Shown here piece by piece: positions 24,340 through 36,410 of a DNA stretch of 64,000 nt (position 1 is its first letter; the number at the start of each line of letters is the position of its first letter). The DNA is from Cetorhinus maximus. Lineage: Eukaryota. The stretch covers positions 3,162,001-3,226,000 of the forward strand of contig NC_135901.1 of the NCBI RefSeq assembly GCF_964194155.1, in the 5' to 3' direction. The notes below the pieces were generated by a model. It made no database searches, was not told the origin of the DNA, and saw only the letters and a program-made list of their open reading frames with translations. The translations under genes were made by a program, and so were the position numbers.

Positions 24340-26560
24340 ATGTTATGAGGGTTTCTGCATCTACCATCCTTTCAGGCAGCGGGTTACAGCTCCCCACCAC
24401 CCTCTGGGTGAAAAAGAATTCCCTCATATCCCCTCTATACCTCCTACTTCCTTCCCCTCATTATGGACCCCTCAACCAAAGGGAATAGCCTTCCTATCCA
24501 ATCTATCTAAACCCCTCATAATTTTATACATTTCCTTTAAGTCTCCCCTCAACCTCCTCTGTTCCAAAGAAAACAACCCCAGCCTATCCAATCTTACCTC
24601 AGAGCTAAAATTCTCCATTCCTGGCACATCTTCTTATATCCCCCCTGTACTCTCTCTGGTGCGATCACATCCTGTACTGTACACAGCACTCTAGCTCTGG
24701 CATAACTAGTGTTTTCTGCAGTTCAAGCAGAACCTTACTGCTCTTATATTCTATGCCTTGGCTAATAGGGGTAAATATCCTGTAGGCTTTCTCAATCACC
24801 ATATCTTCCTGTCCTGCTACCTTCAGGGATCTGTGGACATGAACTCCAAGATCTCTCTGTTCCTCTACAATTCTCAGTATCCTTCCATTTATCATGTAAT
24901 CCTTTGCCTGGTTTTCCCGACAGCTTTCTTCCTCATTATCAAACACACCACCATTTTTGTATCATCAGCAAACTTCCTGTTCATGTCCATTAGATTGGAA
25001 AATTGCAAATATAACTCCTTTATTCAAAAAGGGAGGGAGACAGAAAGCAGGAGGCTATAGATCAGTTAACCTAACATCTGTCATAGGGAAGATGTTAGAC
25101 GCTATTATTAACGATGTTATAGCAGGGCACTTAGAATAATTCAAGGCAATCAGGAAGAGTCAACATGGAAATCATGTTTAACCAATTTATTGGAGTCCTT
25201 TGAAGGACTCACATGTGCTGCGGATAAAGGGGATGCAGTGGATGTACTGTACTTAGATTTCCAGACGGCATTTGGTAAAGTACCACATCAAAGGTTATTA
25301 CAGAAAATAAAAGATCTTGGTGTAGGGGGTAACATATTGGCATGGATAGAAGATTGGCTAGCTAACAAGAAGCAGAGAGTTGGCATAAATGGGTCTTTTT
25401 CTGGTTGGCAGAATGTAATGAGTGGTGTGCCATAGGGATCAGTGCTGGGGCCACGCCTATTTACAATTTATATAAATGATATGGATGAAGGAACCAAAGC
25501 AATGGTTTCTAAATTTGCTGACAACACAAAGATAGGTAGGAAAGTAAATTCTGAAGTGGACGTAAGGAGGCTACAAAGTGAAATAGATAGGTTAAGTGAG
25601 TGGGCAAAGATCTAAATGGTGAGAGATTGCAGAGCTCTGAGATTCAGAGGGATCTGGGTGTCCGAGTGCATGAACCAGAAAAGGCTGATGTGCAGGTACA
25701 ACAGGTAATTAGGAAAGCTAATAGAATGTTAGAATTTATTGTGATGGAAATTGATTACAAAAGTAGGGAGGTTATGCTTCAGTTGTACAGGGCATTGGTG
25801 AGACCACATCTGGAGTATTGTGTACAGTACTAATCTCCTTACTTAAAGAAAGATGAAAATGCATTGGAAGCAGTTCAGCGAAGGTTTACTAGACTAATAC
25901 CAGGAATGTCTTATGAGGAAAGGCTGGACAGGTTAGGCTTGTATCCACTGGAACTTAGAAGAGTAAGAGGTGACTTAATTGAAATGTTTATGATCCTGAG
26001 GGGTCTTGACAGGGTGAATGTGGATAGGATGTTTCCTCTTATGGGAGAATCTAGTCACCGTTTAAAAATAAGGGGTCGCTCATTTAAGACAGAGATGAGG
26101 AGAAATTGTTTCTCTCAGAGGGTTGTGAGTCTTTGGAACTCTCTTCCTCAAAAGGCAGTGGAAGCAGAGTCTTTGAATATTTTTAAGGCAGAGCTCGATA
26201 GATTCTTGATTAACAAGGGTGTGAAAGGTTATCGGGGGTAGGCAGGAATATGGGGTTGAGGTTACAATCAGATCAGCCATGATCTTATTGAGTGGCAGAG
26301 CAGGCTTGAGGGGCCGAGTGGCTTACTCCTGCTCCTAATTTGTTTGTTCATATTTAGGTCTGACTCAATTATACAAACCAGGAATGAAGGAGCCAATACT
26401 GAGCCCTGTGAAACCCCACTGGAAACAGCCTTCCATTCACAAAATACCACCCATCGACCATCATAATCACTTCCTGCTGTTGAGCCAATTTTGGATTCAA
26501 CTTGTAACTTTCTCTGGGATCCCATGAGTTTTTATTTTTCTGCCCAGTCTGCCATTTGGG
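24340..26560 (-). mobile_element. Older CR1 (24340-24985 and 26350-26560) split by a younger CR1
   Basis: SGVSQGSVLAP at ~26380-26430 continues as KFADDTK at ~24950-24975. Confidence 0.7.
24990..26350 (+). mobile_element. CR1 LINE, RT domain to 3' tail
   Basis: DWKIANITPLFKKG, YLDFQTAFGKVPH, LVRPHLEYCVQ, FSQRVVSLWNSLP; disrupted by stops and frameshifts. Confidence 0.9.
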
Positions 26561-27251
26561 ACCTTGTAGATGTGGAGAGAGAATGTTTCCATTTGTCGGA
26601 GAATCCACAACTAGGAGCCAGAAATACAAGATAGTTACTGATAAATCCAGGAGGGAAATAAGGAGAAATATGTTTACTCAGAGTGGTTAGAAAGTGGAAC
26701 TCACGACCACAGGAAGTGGTTATGGCAAAAAGCTGAGATGATTTCAAAAGGAAACTAGATGAGTACATGAGAGAAAAAGGAATAGAAAGATGAACTGAAA
26801 GACTGAGCTGAGTTAGATGGAATGGAAGGGGAAGCGTGTGGTGTGTAAACACCAGCACACACTAGTTGGTCCAATGGCCTCTTTCTATTCTATATTTTCT
26901 CTTTTTACAGGCATGGAGTGTCAAAGAGAAACTAAAACCAATTATCAAGATTTGTCAGAGCCACTCAATTCATCAGGACCTGAATATCATTGGCCCTTGA
27001 ACGTAGAAGCAGAAATGTTTGTCTGTTCTGTCTGAGGAAAAAATTTCAAGCATCAGCGTGACTGGAAAAGACACCCACACACTCGAGTGAAAGTGTTCCA
27101 GTGCACTGACTGTGGAAAGAGCTTTGACCAGTTACACAGCCTGAAAAAGCATCATACCATTCACAGTGAGGAGAAACTGTACACATGTACTGTTTGTGGA
27201 CAAGGCTTTAATTGATCACCTAACCTGGAGAGACACAAGGACGCCCGCACC

Positions 27252-27755
27252 ATGGGGAAACCATGGAAATGTGGGGACTGTGGGAAGGGATTCAAATACT
27301 CATCCCGGCTGGAAACTCATCGACACACTCACACTGCGGGGAGACCGTTCCCCTGTTCCATGTGCCCAAAGGGATTCGCTCAGTCATCCGACCTTCTAAG
27401 GCACCAAATCACTCACACTGAGGAGAGGCCATTCACCTGCTCCATGTGTGGGAAGGGATTCATTAATTCATCCGACCTTCGGATACACCAGCGAGTTCAC
27501 ATTGGGGAGAGGCCATTCACCTGCTCTGCCTGTGGGAAGGGATTCAGTCAGTCAGCCCACCTGCTGGCCCACCAGAGAGTTCACACTGGGGAGAGACAAT
27601 TCTCCTGCTCCGACTGTGGGAAAGCATTCATCCATTCATCCCATCTGCTGAGACACCAGCGAGTTCACACTGGGGAGAGGTTGTTTACCTGCTCTGAGTG
27701 TGGGAAAGGGTTCACTCAGTCATCCCATCTGGTGAGGCACCAGCGAGTTCACTAG
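27252..27755 (+). CDS. C2H2 zinc-finger protein, 6 fingers, type B
   Basis: 167-aa ORF; accATGg start; acceptor at 26911; polyA aataaa ~27892. Confidence 0.9.
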   Translation: MGKPWKCGDCGKGFKYSSRLETHRHTHTAGRPFPCSMCPKGFAQSSDLLRHQITHTEERPFTCSMCGKGFINSSDLRIHQRVHIGERPFTCSACGKGFSQSAHLLAHQRVHTGERQFSCSDCGKAFIHSSHLLRHQRVHTGERLFTCSECGKGFTQSSHLVRHQRVH

Positions 27756-28199
27756 TGACTGCAGGGGTTGGATTCTGCTGTTATTGCTGCAGTTAATCAC
27801 ATCCAGGACTGAACCATGTTCATTCTGAGAGTTGGTGTTCCTTTCTGCCAATAATAATTGCACTGAAGTTTAATATCCTGGTTATATATCAAATAAATCA
27901 GCTGTGTTAAACTCATTGTTGTAGATTTTTGTTTTTCCCACCTGAGTGTTTAACATCACCTGGCTGGAGCTCAGAAAGGACAATCTGGGGGAGGATCATA
28001 CGGCCGGAACAGAACTTCAACCTGGACACAGTCCAGGAGCACGATGACCATCCACACGTCGTTCCTGTTGGATAAAATCAAACACAGCGTTTATTCTCCG
28101 TTTAGTTATCTGACCTTTCCATTTTGTACAGTTTACACTGATCTCCATGGTAACACAGATATTGTGTTTCCTTCTCTCGTTACTGAATACTCAATCTAA

Positions 28200-29770
28200 G
28201 ACTTGTTTCTCCCAATTTATGTAGAACGTCATATGGACCTTCCCAAGTAGCCCCCCACCCGTTTAACAATGTTTTTAACGTGACTTCATCTCCCATCGAA
28301 CAGTTAATGTAACGGGTGGGGTGTTTCTCCCTGGAGGTGTTGAGATGGGCAGCACCATCTTCTCCACTAACTGTAGCAGGGAGAATGCTAAGGTTTGTTG
28401 GAGGTTCTGGAGAAACTGGTCCTGAGTCTGTTGAGTAGCCATGGGGTGTGGGACCCGGTGGGACGCACGATCTGGATTGGCCAATGAGCTGTGACCGGGG
28501 AGTGAACAGGAGTGGAGTGAATGGTCATTAAGACACCAGGTGAGGCAGTGACCCAGCCATTGGGCTTGATCAGATCATCAGCTCCGTTCATGACAGCTTT
28601 TTCAGTGTCGTTTCTCCAGAGTGATTAAACATCTTGACCATCCCACTAGAGTCTGGGTGGTAGGGGATGCGGAAATGTTGTTCCACACCCACAAGATGAC
28701 ACAGCTGCTGTATTGCCTCTGCTGTGAAATGAGAACCATTATCACTCTCTATCCTTTTCAGAAAACTCCATCTGGTAAAGATCTGTTCCCACAAAGTTTT
28801 AGCTGTAGGTGACTGCATCATTTATACAGACAGGGAAAGCTTCAATCCACCATGTAAACATATCTATAACTACCAGGATATATACCGGTCCCTTCCTTTT
28901 ACTGTGTGTAATAGGCCTGTATATGTAACTGCAATGTTTTCCAGGGAACATCATTCAGATGGGACATGTCCATTGGGACCTTTCATTTCACAGGTCTGGA
29001 TTAATTTGGACACAGATGAGACACAGGTTCAGGTGGTGATGGACGTCCTGGTGCATTGAGAACTCAAGGAAAGAGAAACGTGCCCCAATTTGATCCATAA
29101 ACAAAATTAATTATTTTCTAAGACATTAAGGTGTGACCCAATTCAAATTAGAGCCATTCTTGTAATAGGAATGTTGAGGCCACGATCAGATCGCCAATCA
29201 TCTTATTGAATGGCTGAGCAGGCCCGAGTGGCCTACCCCTAATTCATATGTTCGTATCATGTATAATGGGGGGAGACCTTACTGGCTGTGAGTGATGAGG
29301 GAAAGTCTTTCCTATGGTGCCTGGCCTTTTTGGCCATAATCACAATGATTGTATTTTGGGTGGATCACAAGGAATCCCCTCTGGAGCAGCTTTCCTACTG
29401 AGTCGGTCAGTCTGGTTATTACCATCACCCTCTTCACTAACCCCTGCTGCTGATGCACCTTCACCTTACAAATAGCAACTTGTCCTGGTCACTTACCAGC
29501 AATATCTCAAATCATTCGGAGTTTGAAATGGTGGGTGAGAGTTTTCCTTTCTGCTGTGGAGAGGCTGTGTTTTTGTTGCCGGAGAAGTAAGTTTACACTG
29601 AGGGAGTTACAAATAAAGGAGCTTTCAGAATAGTTGGTGGTTCTCTCAGTAACGCCTTGAAGGGCTGTGACCATAATAACCTCAGCTTTCTGGGCTAAAT
29701 ATTGTGGTGGGTGTTTAATAGGATACAATGGCTGTCATGGGGAAGTGAAGACACAGCAGGAGTCTGATAC
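28200..29770 (-). mobile_element. Endogenous retrovirus-like pol relic (RNase H and integrase)
   Basis: Integrase motifs YILVVIDMFTWWIEAFP (~28830-28880) and IESDNGSHF..PYHPDSSGMV (28588..28821). RNase H motifs AQKAEVI..YSES (29507..29728) and VAICKVKVH..GNNQTDRL (~29390-29490). Confidence 0.82.
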
Positions 29771-30835
29771 GGTCCTTGTATTTTTTTTATTCATTCATGG
29801 GATGTGGGCTTCGCTGGCTGGGTCAGCATTTTTGCCAATCCCTAGTGGCCCTTGAGAAGGTGGTGGTGAGCTGCCTTCTTAAACCACTGCAGTCCATGTG
29901 GTGTAGGTACACTCACAGTGTTCTTAGGGTGTTCCAGGATTTTGACGCAGTGATAGTGAAGGAACGGTGATATATTTCCAAGTCTGTGACGTGGAGGGGA
30001 ACTTCTAGGGGGAGGTGTTCCCATCTATCTGCTGCCCTTGTCCTTCTAGATGGTAGTTGTCGTGGGTTTGGAAGGTGCTGTCGAAGGAGCCTTGGTGAAT
30101 TCCTGCAGTGCATCTTGTAGATGGTACACACTGCTGCCACTGTGAGTCGATGGTGGAGGGAGTGAATGTTTGTGGATGGGATGCCAATCAAGCAGGCTGC
30201 CTTGTCCTGGATGGTGTCAATCTTCTTGAGTGTTGTGGGAGCTGCACTCATCCAGGCAAGTGGGGAATATTCCATCACACTCCTGATTTGTGCCTTGTAG
30301 ATGCTGGACAGGTTTTGGGGAGTCAGGAAGTGAGTTATTTATCACAGAGTTCCTAGCTGCTGACCTGCTCTTGTAGCCACAGTAGTTATATGGCTAGTCC
30401 AGTTCAGTTACTGGCCAATGGTAACCCACAGTATGTTGATAGAGGGAGATTCAGTGATGGTAATTCCATTGAACATCAAGGAGCGATGGTTGGGTTCACT
30501 CTTGTTGGAGATGGTCATTGCCTGGCACTTTTATGGTGCGAATTTTACTTGCCACTTGTCAGCCCAAGCCTGGATATTGTCCAGGTCTTGCTGCATTTGG
30601 ACATGTATTGCTTCAGTGTCTGAGGAGTTGCAAATGGTGCTGAACATTGTGCAATCATCAGAAATATCCCCAATTCTGACCTTATGATGGAAGGAAGGTC
30701 ATTGACGAAGCAGCTGAAAATAGTTGGGCCGAGGACACTACCCTTAGGAATTCCCGCAGTGAAGTCCTGGAGCTGAGTTGATTGACCTCCAACCACCAAA
30801 ACCATCTTCCTTTGTGCAAGGTATGACTCCAACCA

Positions 30836-33750
30836 TAAGACCATAAGACGTAGGAGAAAAACTAGGCTGTTCAGCCCACCGAGTCTGCTCCGCCATTCAG
30901 TGAGATCATGGCTGATCTGACAATCCTCAACTCTACTTTCCTGCCTTTTCCCCATTACCCTTGATTCCCTTACTGATAAAAATGTGTCTATCACAGCCTT
31001 GAATATACTTAATTATCCAGCCTCTACAGCTCTCTGCGGTAAAGAATTCCACAGATTCACTATCCTCGTATAGAAGATAATTCCTCCTCATCTCTGTCTT
31101 AAATGGGTGACTCCTTGCTCTGAGATTATGCCCTCTGGTCCTAGCCTCCCCTACAAGGGGAAACAACCTCTCAGTATCTACTCTGTTAAGCCCTCTAAAA
31201 ATCTTATACGTTCCAATAAGGTCATCTCTCATTCTTCTAAACCCCAATGAGTACAGGCCCAACCTACTCAACCTCTCTTCAAGAGAAAATCCCTCCATAC
31301 CCGGGATCAACCTCGTGAACCTTCTCTGGACTGCCTCCAATGCCAGTATATTTTTCCTGAGATAAGGGGACAAACTGTTCACAATATTCTAGGTGTGGTC
31401 TAACTCATGCCTTGTATAGTTTTAGCAAGCCTTCCCTATTTTTACTCTCCATTCCTTTTGAAATAAAGGACAACATTCAATTTGCCTTCCCTATTACCTG
31501 ATGAACTGATATGTTAGCTTTGTGGGACTCATGCATGAGCACTCCCAAATCCCTGTGTGCTGTAGCTTTCTGCAGTCTTTCTCCATCTAAATAACATTCA
31601 GCTCCTCTATTCTTCCTGCCAAAATGCATAATCTCACACTTTCCACATTAGATTTCACGTACCAAGTTTTTTTTTCCCACTCACTTAACCTGTCTATATC
31701 CCTCTGTGGATCCTTTGTGTCATCCTCACCACTTGCCTTCCCACCTATTTTTCTGTCATTTGCAAAGTTGGCGATAGTACATTCACTTCCCACATCTACG
31801 TCATTAATATATATTGTAAAAAATTGTGACCCCAGCACTGAACGGAAGTGGCTGCAGAGATAGTGGAGGCATTGGTCGAAATATTCCAGAACTCACTGGA
31901 TTCTGGGAGGGTCCCAGCGGATTGGAAAACGTCTAACCTGATGCCCCTGTTCAAGAAGGGAGGGACTATAGGCTATACGCCAGTCAACCTAACATCTGTA
32001 GCTGGGAAAAAGGTAGATTCCATTATTAAAGAAGAAATAGCAGGACATTTAGAAAAGCTGAACGCAATCAAACAGAGTCAACATGGTTTTGTGACAGGAA
32101 AATCATGTTTGACAAATTTTCTAGAGTTCTTTGACGATGTAATAAGTGGAGTTGATAAAGGGTAACTTTAGTGTATTTAGATTTCCGGAAGGCATTCAGC
32201 AAGGTGTCACGTAAAAGATTATTGCTCATGATGGGAGCTCACGATATTTGGGGGAATTGATTGAGGATTGGTTATCACACAAAAGACAGGGAGTCATGAT
32301 TAATGGGTCTTTTTTCAGGTTGGAAAGATGTAACTAGTGGAGTGCCACAAGGATCAGTCCGAGGGCCTCAATTATTTATGATCTATATTAATGACTCGGT
32401 GGAGGGGGCAGAGTGTAATGTATCCAAACTTGCTGAAGATACAAAATTAGCTGGGAGGGCACGTTATGATGAGAACATGAGGAATCTTCAAGGGGATATA
32501 GATAGGCTGAGTGAGTAGGCAAAAGCTTGGCAGATAGAGTTTAATGTAGGAAAATGTGAGGTTATGCACTTTGGTAGCGAGAATCAAAAGGCAAACTATT
32601 ATTTAAATGGAGACAGACTCCAAAAAAGTGCAGCACAGCAAGATTTGGGTGTTCTTGTGCATGAAACATAAAAAGTTAGCATGCAGGTTCAGCAAGCGAT
32701 TATGAAGGCAAATTGAATTTTGGCCTGTATTGCTAGGGGGTTGGAGTTTAAGAATAGGGAAGTCTTGTTTCAACTGTACAGGGTGTTGGTGAGGCTGCAC
32801 CTGGAGTACTGTGTACAGTTTTGGTCCCCGTATTTAAGAAAGGATATACTGGCATTGGAGGCAGTTCAGAAAGATTCACTCAGTTGATGCCTGACATGAA
32901 GGGGTTGACTTATCAAGAACAGCCAAACAGGTTAGACCTTTATTTATTAGAGTTTAGAAGAATGAGGGGTGATCTTATTGAAACATAAAAAATTCTGAGG
33001 GGGCTTGACAGGGTAGATGTTGAGAAGATGTTTCCACTAGAGGGGGAATCTCGAACTAGGGGACTTAGTTACAGAATAAGGGGTCTTTAAAACCGAGATG
33101 CGTAGGAATGTCTTCTTTCAGAGGGTAATGAATGTCTGGAATTCTCTACCCCAGAAAGTTGTAGAGGGTAGATCACTGAAAGTATTTAAAGAGGAGGGAG
33201 ATAGATTTTTGAAATACCGGGGAGTTGAGGGCTATGTGGAGCTGGCGTGAAAGAGGAGTTGGGGCCTGGAGCAGATCAGCCATGATCTTATTGAATGGCC
33301 TATTCCTGCTCCTATTTCTTATGTTCTTATGATCCATGTGTCACTCTACTAGTTACAGGTCGCCATCCTGAAAATGCGGCCCTTATCCCAACTCTCTGTC
33401 TTCTATTAGTTAGCCAATCCTCTATCCATGCTAAAATACTACCTCCAACACGATGGCCTCTTATCTTAATAAGTGGCCTTATGTCTGGTGCCTTATCAAA
33501 CACCTTTTGGAAATCCAAATATATTACATCCACTGGTTCCCCTTTATCTATCGTGCTTGTTACCTCCTCAAAGAATTGTAATAAATTTGTCAGGCATGAT
33601 TTCCCCTTCATGACGCCTTTCTGACTCTGCTTGATTATATTATGCATTTTTAAATGCTCTACTATTACATCCTTTATAATATACTCTAACATTATCCCAG
33701 TGAGGGAGGTTAAGCTAACTGGCCTTTTTTTTGTCTCCTCCCTTTGTGAA
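30836..33750 (-). mobile_element. CR1 LINE (30836-31840 and 33330-33750) split by an antisense CR1
   Basis: YLDFQKVFDK..VTHGS (ends ~33330) joins VLGSQFFTIYIND (31840 downward). Confidence 0.82.
31842..33329 (+). mobile_element. CR1 LINE, RT to 3' tail
   Basis: PADWKTSNLMPLFKKG, SQHGFVTGKSCLTN, SGVPQGSVRGP; tail ttcttatgttcttat at ~33315-33330. Confidence 0.9.
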
Positions 33751-33862
33751 TACAGTGGAGAGTTTTCCCCCGATTCCCATTGACTCCAATATTCCGAGTG
33801 CTCCTTGATGCCGCACTCAGTCAAATGCGGCCTTGATGTCAAGGGCAGTCACTCTCACCTCA

Positions 33863-34130
33863 TACTGCAACATCACAGGCAACTGGTAGTTGTGAGGCTG
33901 CAATCTTTTAATGCCTTTGCTTTGTAACTCAATAATTCATCTACTCCATCCCACTCGGGATACTCCCTTAACTTGGGCTTTATTAATAATGTCACTATGA
34001 TATGTGGGGTGTGCAGAATTATTGTAATAAACTCTACCAGGTACTCTATGGGCTTAACTAACCAGTGAACGCTTGATATTGGCTCAGGACACTGGGCCAG
34101 TGATCTTTCCACGCAGGTGAATGTGCCTGA
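33863..34130 (-). mobile_element. Probable upstream continuation of the ERV-like pol (connection region)
   Basis: FTCVERSLA..VHWLVKPIEYLV..IILHTPH resembles the RT-RNase H connection and lies in the expected order across the LINE insertion. Confidence 0.45.
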
Positions 34131-34599
34131 GAAGCACCCAACTGAAAAAGCTTTTCCATTCACCTCCTGCATCACTGCAGCGGATATACATTGTTCTGAC
34201 AGTGCCAGCAGGGCTGTGGAATTAATTGGATAGATCTTCCAAAGAGCCAGCACAAGCATGATGGGCTAAGTGATTTTCATCTGTTCTTTTAGAACAGTGA
34301 ATATTCCTCATCCCGTGATGGAAAGAGGAACCAGAGACTATGGGATTGAACGTAGCGAGAATCAGCACCTTCAGGGCAGAAGAGAGACATGGGAACAAGT
34401 GGCAAAAGCTTTAAAAACTCAGTGCATTCCTACAAGAGAGAAGCAGTTTAAATCACTTTGAGCAATTTGAATATGGAAGAGCATCTATTCACGAGGATCC
34501 ATGGGTGTCTTTTTATTTATTGATCTCAATTATTTTCTTTCCCCTCTGGGGATTCAATGGCGCTACTGTTACCCAACATTCCCTACGGTTGTGAATGTG

Positions 34600-35070
34600 C
34601 CCTATTTACACTCCAGTAGCCCAGTACGCAGGCGCAGTGCTGGACTGTATCTGGAGCATGCGCAGTGTCACTTTGATCAGTGTCCTGGATTTTTTTCAGC
34701 GGGTGAGATTCGATGGGGCGGAGTGAGGAATGTAGCCGGGAGTCGGCGTCGAGAGGGAGCGGCGGCATCATAAACACTTGACGTAGGCCGCAAATCGGGA
34801 ATAGGACTCTGCAAATCCCGCGTTTTCAGCTCTGGGGCTTTTTCCCGGAAATAGGCCCAGTTTGATGGTCGCCATATTGGTTCAGTGGCCATCTTGGTGA
34901 CGAAACAGAGCATGGGCGGGGCTTCAGGGCACCTGTGACCAGGAGAGAAAATCATTGGCTCATTGATTTTATTCTCGCGCTGCGCACAGGAGATGGCGAA
35001 TGTCCCGGGTTAATTACCGCCATCGTTTGAAGGGCAATGTGCTGCTGGGCGCACGCGCTGCCATCCTAAC
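34600..35070 (+). promoter_or_regulatory. CpG promoter/first exon, probably for ZNF 40482..41687
   Basis: cgcaggcgcag plus gcatgcgcag (34627-34666), donor gcgg|gtgaga (~34703), GC boxes, YY1-like gccatctt. Homologous to the reverse complement of 12150-12300. Confidence 0.68.
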
Positions 35071-35257
35071 AACATCAGAATAAGAACATCAGAACTCGGA
35101 GCAGGAGCTGGCCTGTCGGCCCATTGAGCATGATGCACCATTCAATGAGATCATGGCTGATCTGATTGTGGTCTTAACTGCACTGCCCGCCCCTTATTTT
35201 GATGCTTAAATGAAAAATTTGTCTAACTCGGTCTCAATTAGTCTTTTGGTAGTAAAG

Positions 35258-36025
35258 AACTTGAGTGTTGCTGAAAAAAGAGACGTGGAAGCTTTTCGTC
35301 TTGTACTCATGGGGGCACTTCGCAAGAATACCAATGTAAGGAAAAACAACCATATATACTGTATATAAAGAGAATGCTGATTGGTTGGCAAGTGGACTCT
35401 GATTGGTAGAGGCGTTGCTATGCAAAATGCACTAGTGATGGTGACTGACAGTTAACTGCAAAGCATTGTTTGAAATTTGAACCAGTTTGACCCTGATTGG
35501 TCAAGGCATTGTCCTGAGGAATGAGTCAGCAAATGGCTGTCACTTATTTTGTTTAGCTGAAACAGGCGCAATGTGTGTATATGTTTTTTCTGTCTGCAAA
35601 GAACAGAGCCCTATAATATATGTAGCTTCCAGTACATGCAAATGCACCACACTGCAAGCCCAACTAAGAATCTTAAATTGGTTGTCAATGTAATTTTTAG
35701 CACACTGACGATTATTTAGCAAATGTTGTCCAATCACGGAATCACATCTAATATTGGACACTGTTTTGAGCTTTGCAAACACAGGCTGGTTGGGTATGGT
35801 CTGTTTGCAATGCTTGGCAGTTAACTGTCAGTCACTATCACTGGTGCATTCTCCATGGCAATGCCTCTACCAATCAAAGCCTACTTGCCAACCAATCAGC
35901 ACTCGCTTTGCATGCAGTATATATAGTTGTTTTCCCCTTATATTGGTATTCTTGCCAGCTGTCCTGTTCAGTGCAAGATGAAAAACTTCAACATGTCCCT
36001 TTTTTTTTTAGCAATACTCAACTTT
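35258..36025 (-). mobile_element. Penelope-like element remnant: GIY-YIG C-terminus, pseudo-LTR and inverted partial pseudo-LTR
   Basis: ORF 35540..35782 DSVIGQHLLNNRQCAKNY..FKIL..LEATYI. 35258-35460 is repeated inverted at 35815-36025, with decayed hammerhead cores at ~35290-35315 and ~35960-35990. Confidence 0.75.
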
Positions 36026-36029
36026 GCAT

Positions 36030-36410
36030 CTATTCAATAACCAGACCTCCACTCCTTGCTGGGGAAGAGAGTTCCACAAACTAATGGATGCCTGAGAGAA
36101 GAAATTTCTCCTCACTTCAGTCTTCCGCATCTCAGTCAAAATTATTGAAAACCTTTATTTTTAAATTGTGCCTCTTTGTTCCATATTCTCCCATGAGGGG
36201 AAAAAGCCCTCTCAGGATCCACCCTGTTAAGTGCCCTCAGAATATTACAGGTTTCAATAAAATCACCTCTCATTCTTCGAAACTCCAATGAATACAGACC
36301 CACCTTGCTCAACCTTTCCTCATGAGGCAAAGCCTCTCATTCCAGGAATCAGCCTAGCAAACCTTCTCTGAACTGCTTCCAATGCAAATATGTCCTTGCT
36401 TAAGTTATCT
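36030..36410 (-). mobile_element. CR1 3' fragment
   Basis: ALEAVQRRFARLIPGM and EERLSKVGLYSLEFRRMRGD. Confidence 0.8.

Larger units (their letters stand above)
29778..33862 (-). mobile_element. CR1/L2-group LINE (29778-30835 and 33755-33862) split by nested CR1s
   Basis: ALDIKAAFD (~33815-33850) joins WLESYLAQRKM..GSVLGPTIFSCFVND (~30835 downward) and EYSPLAWMSAAP; tail at 29778. Confidence 0.8.
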
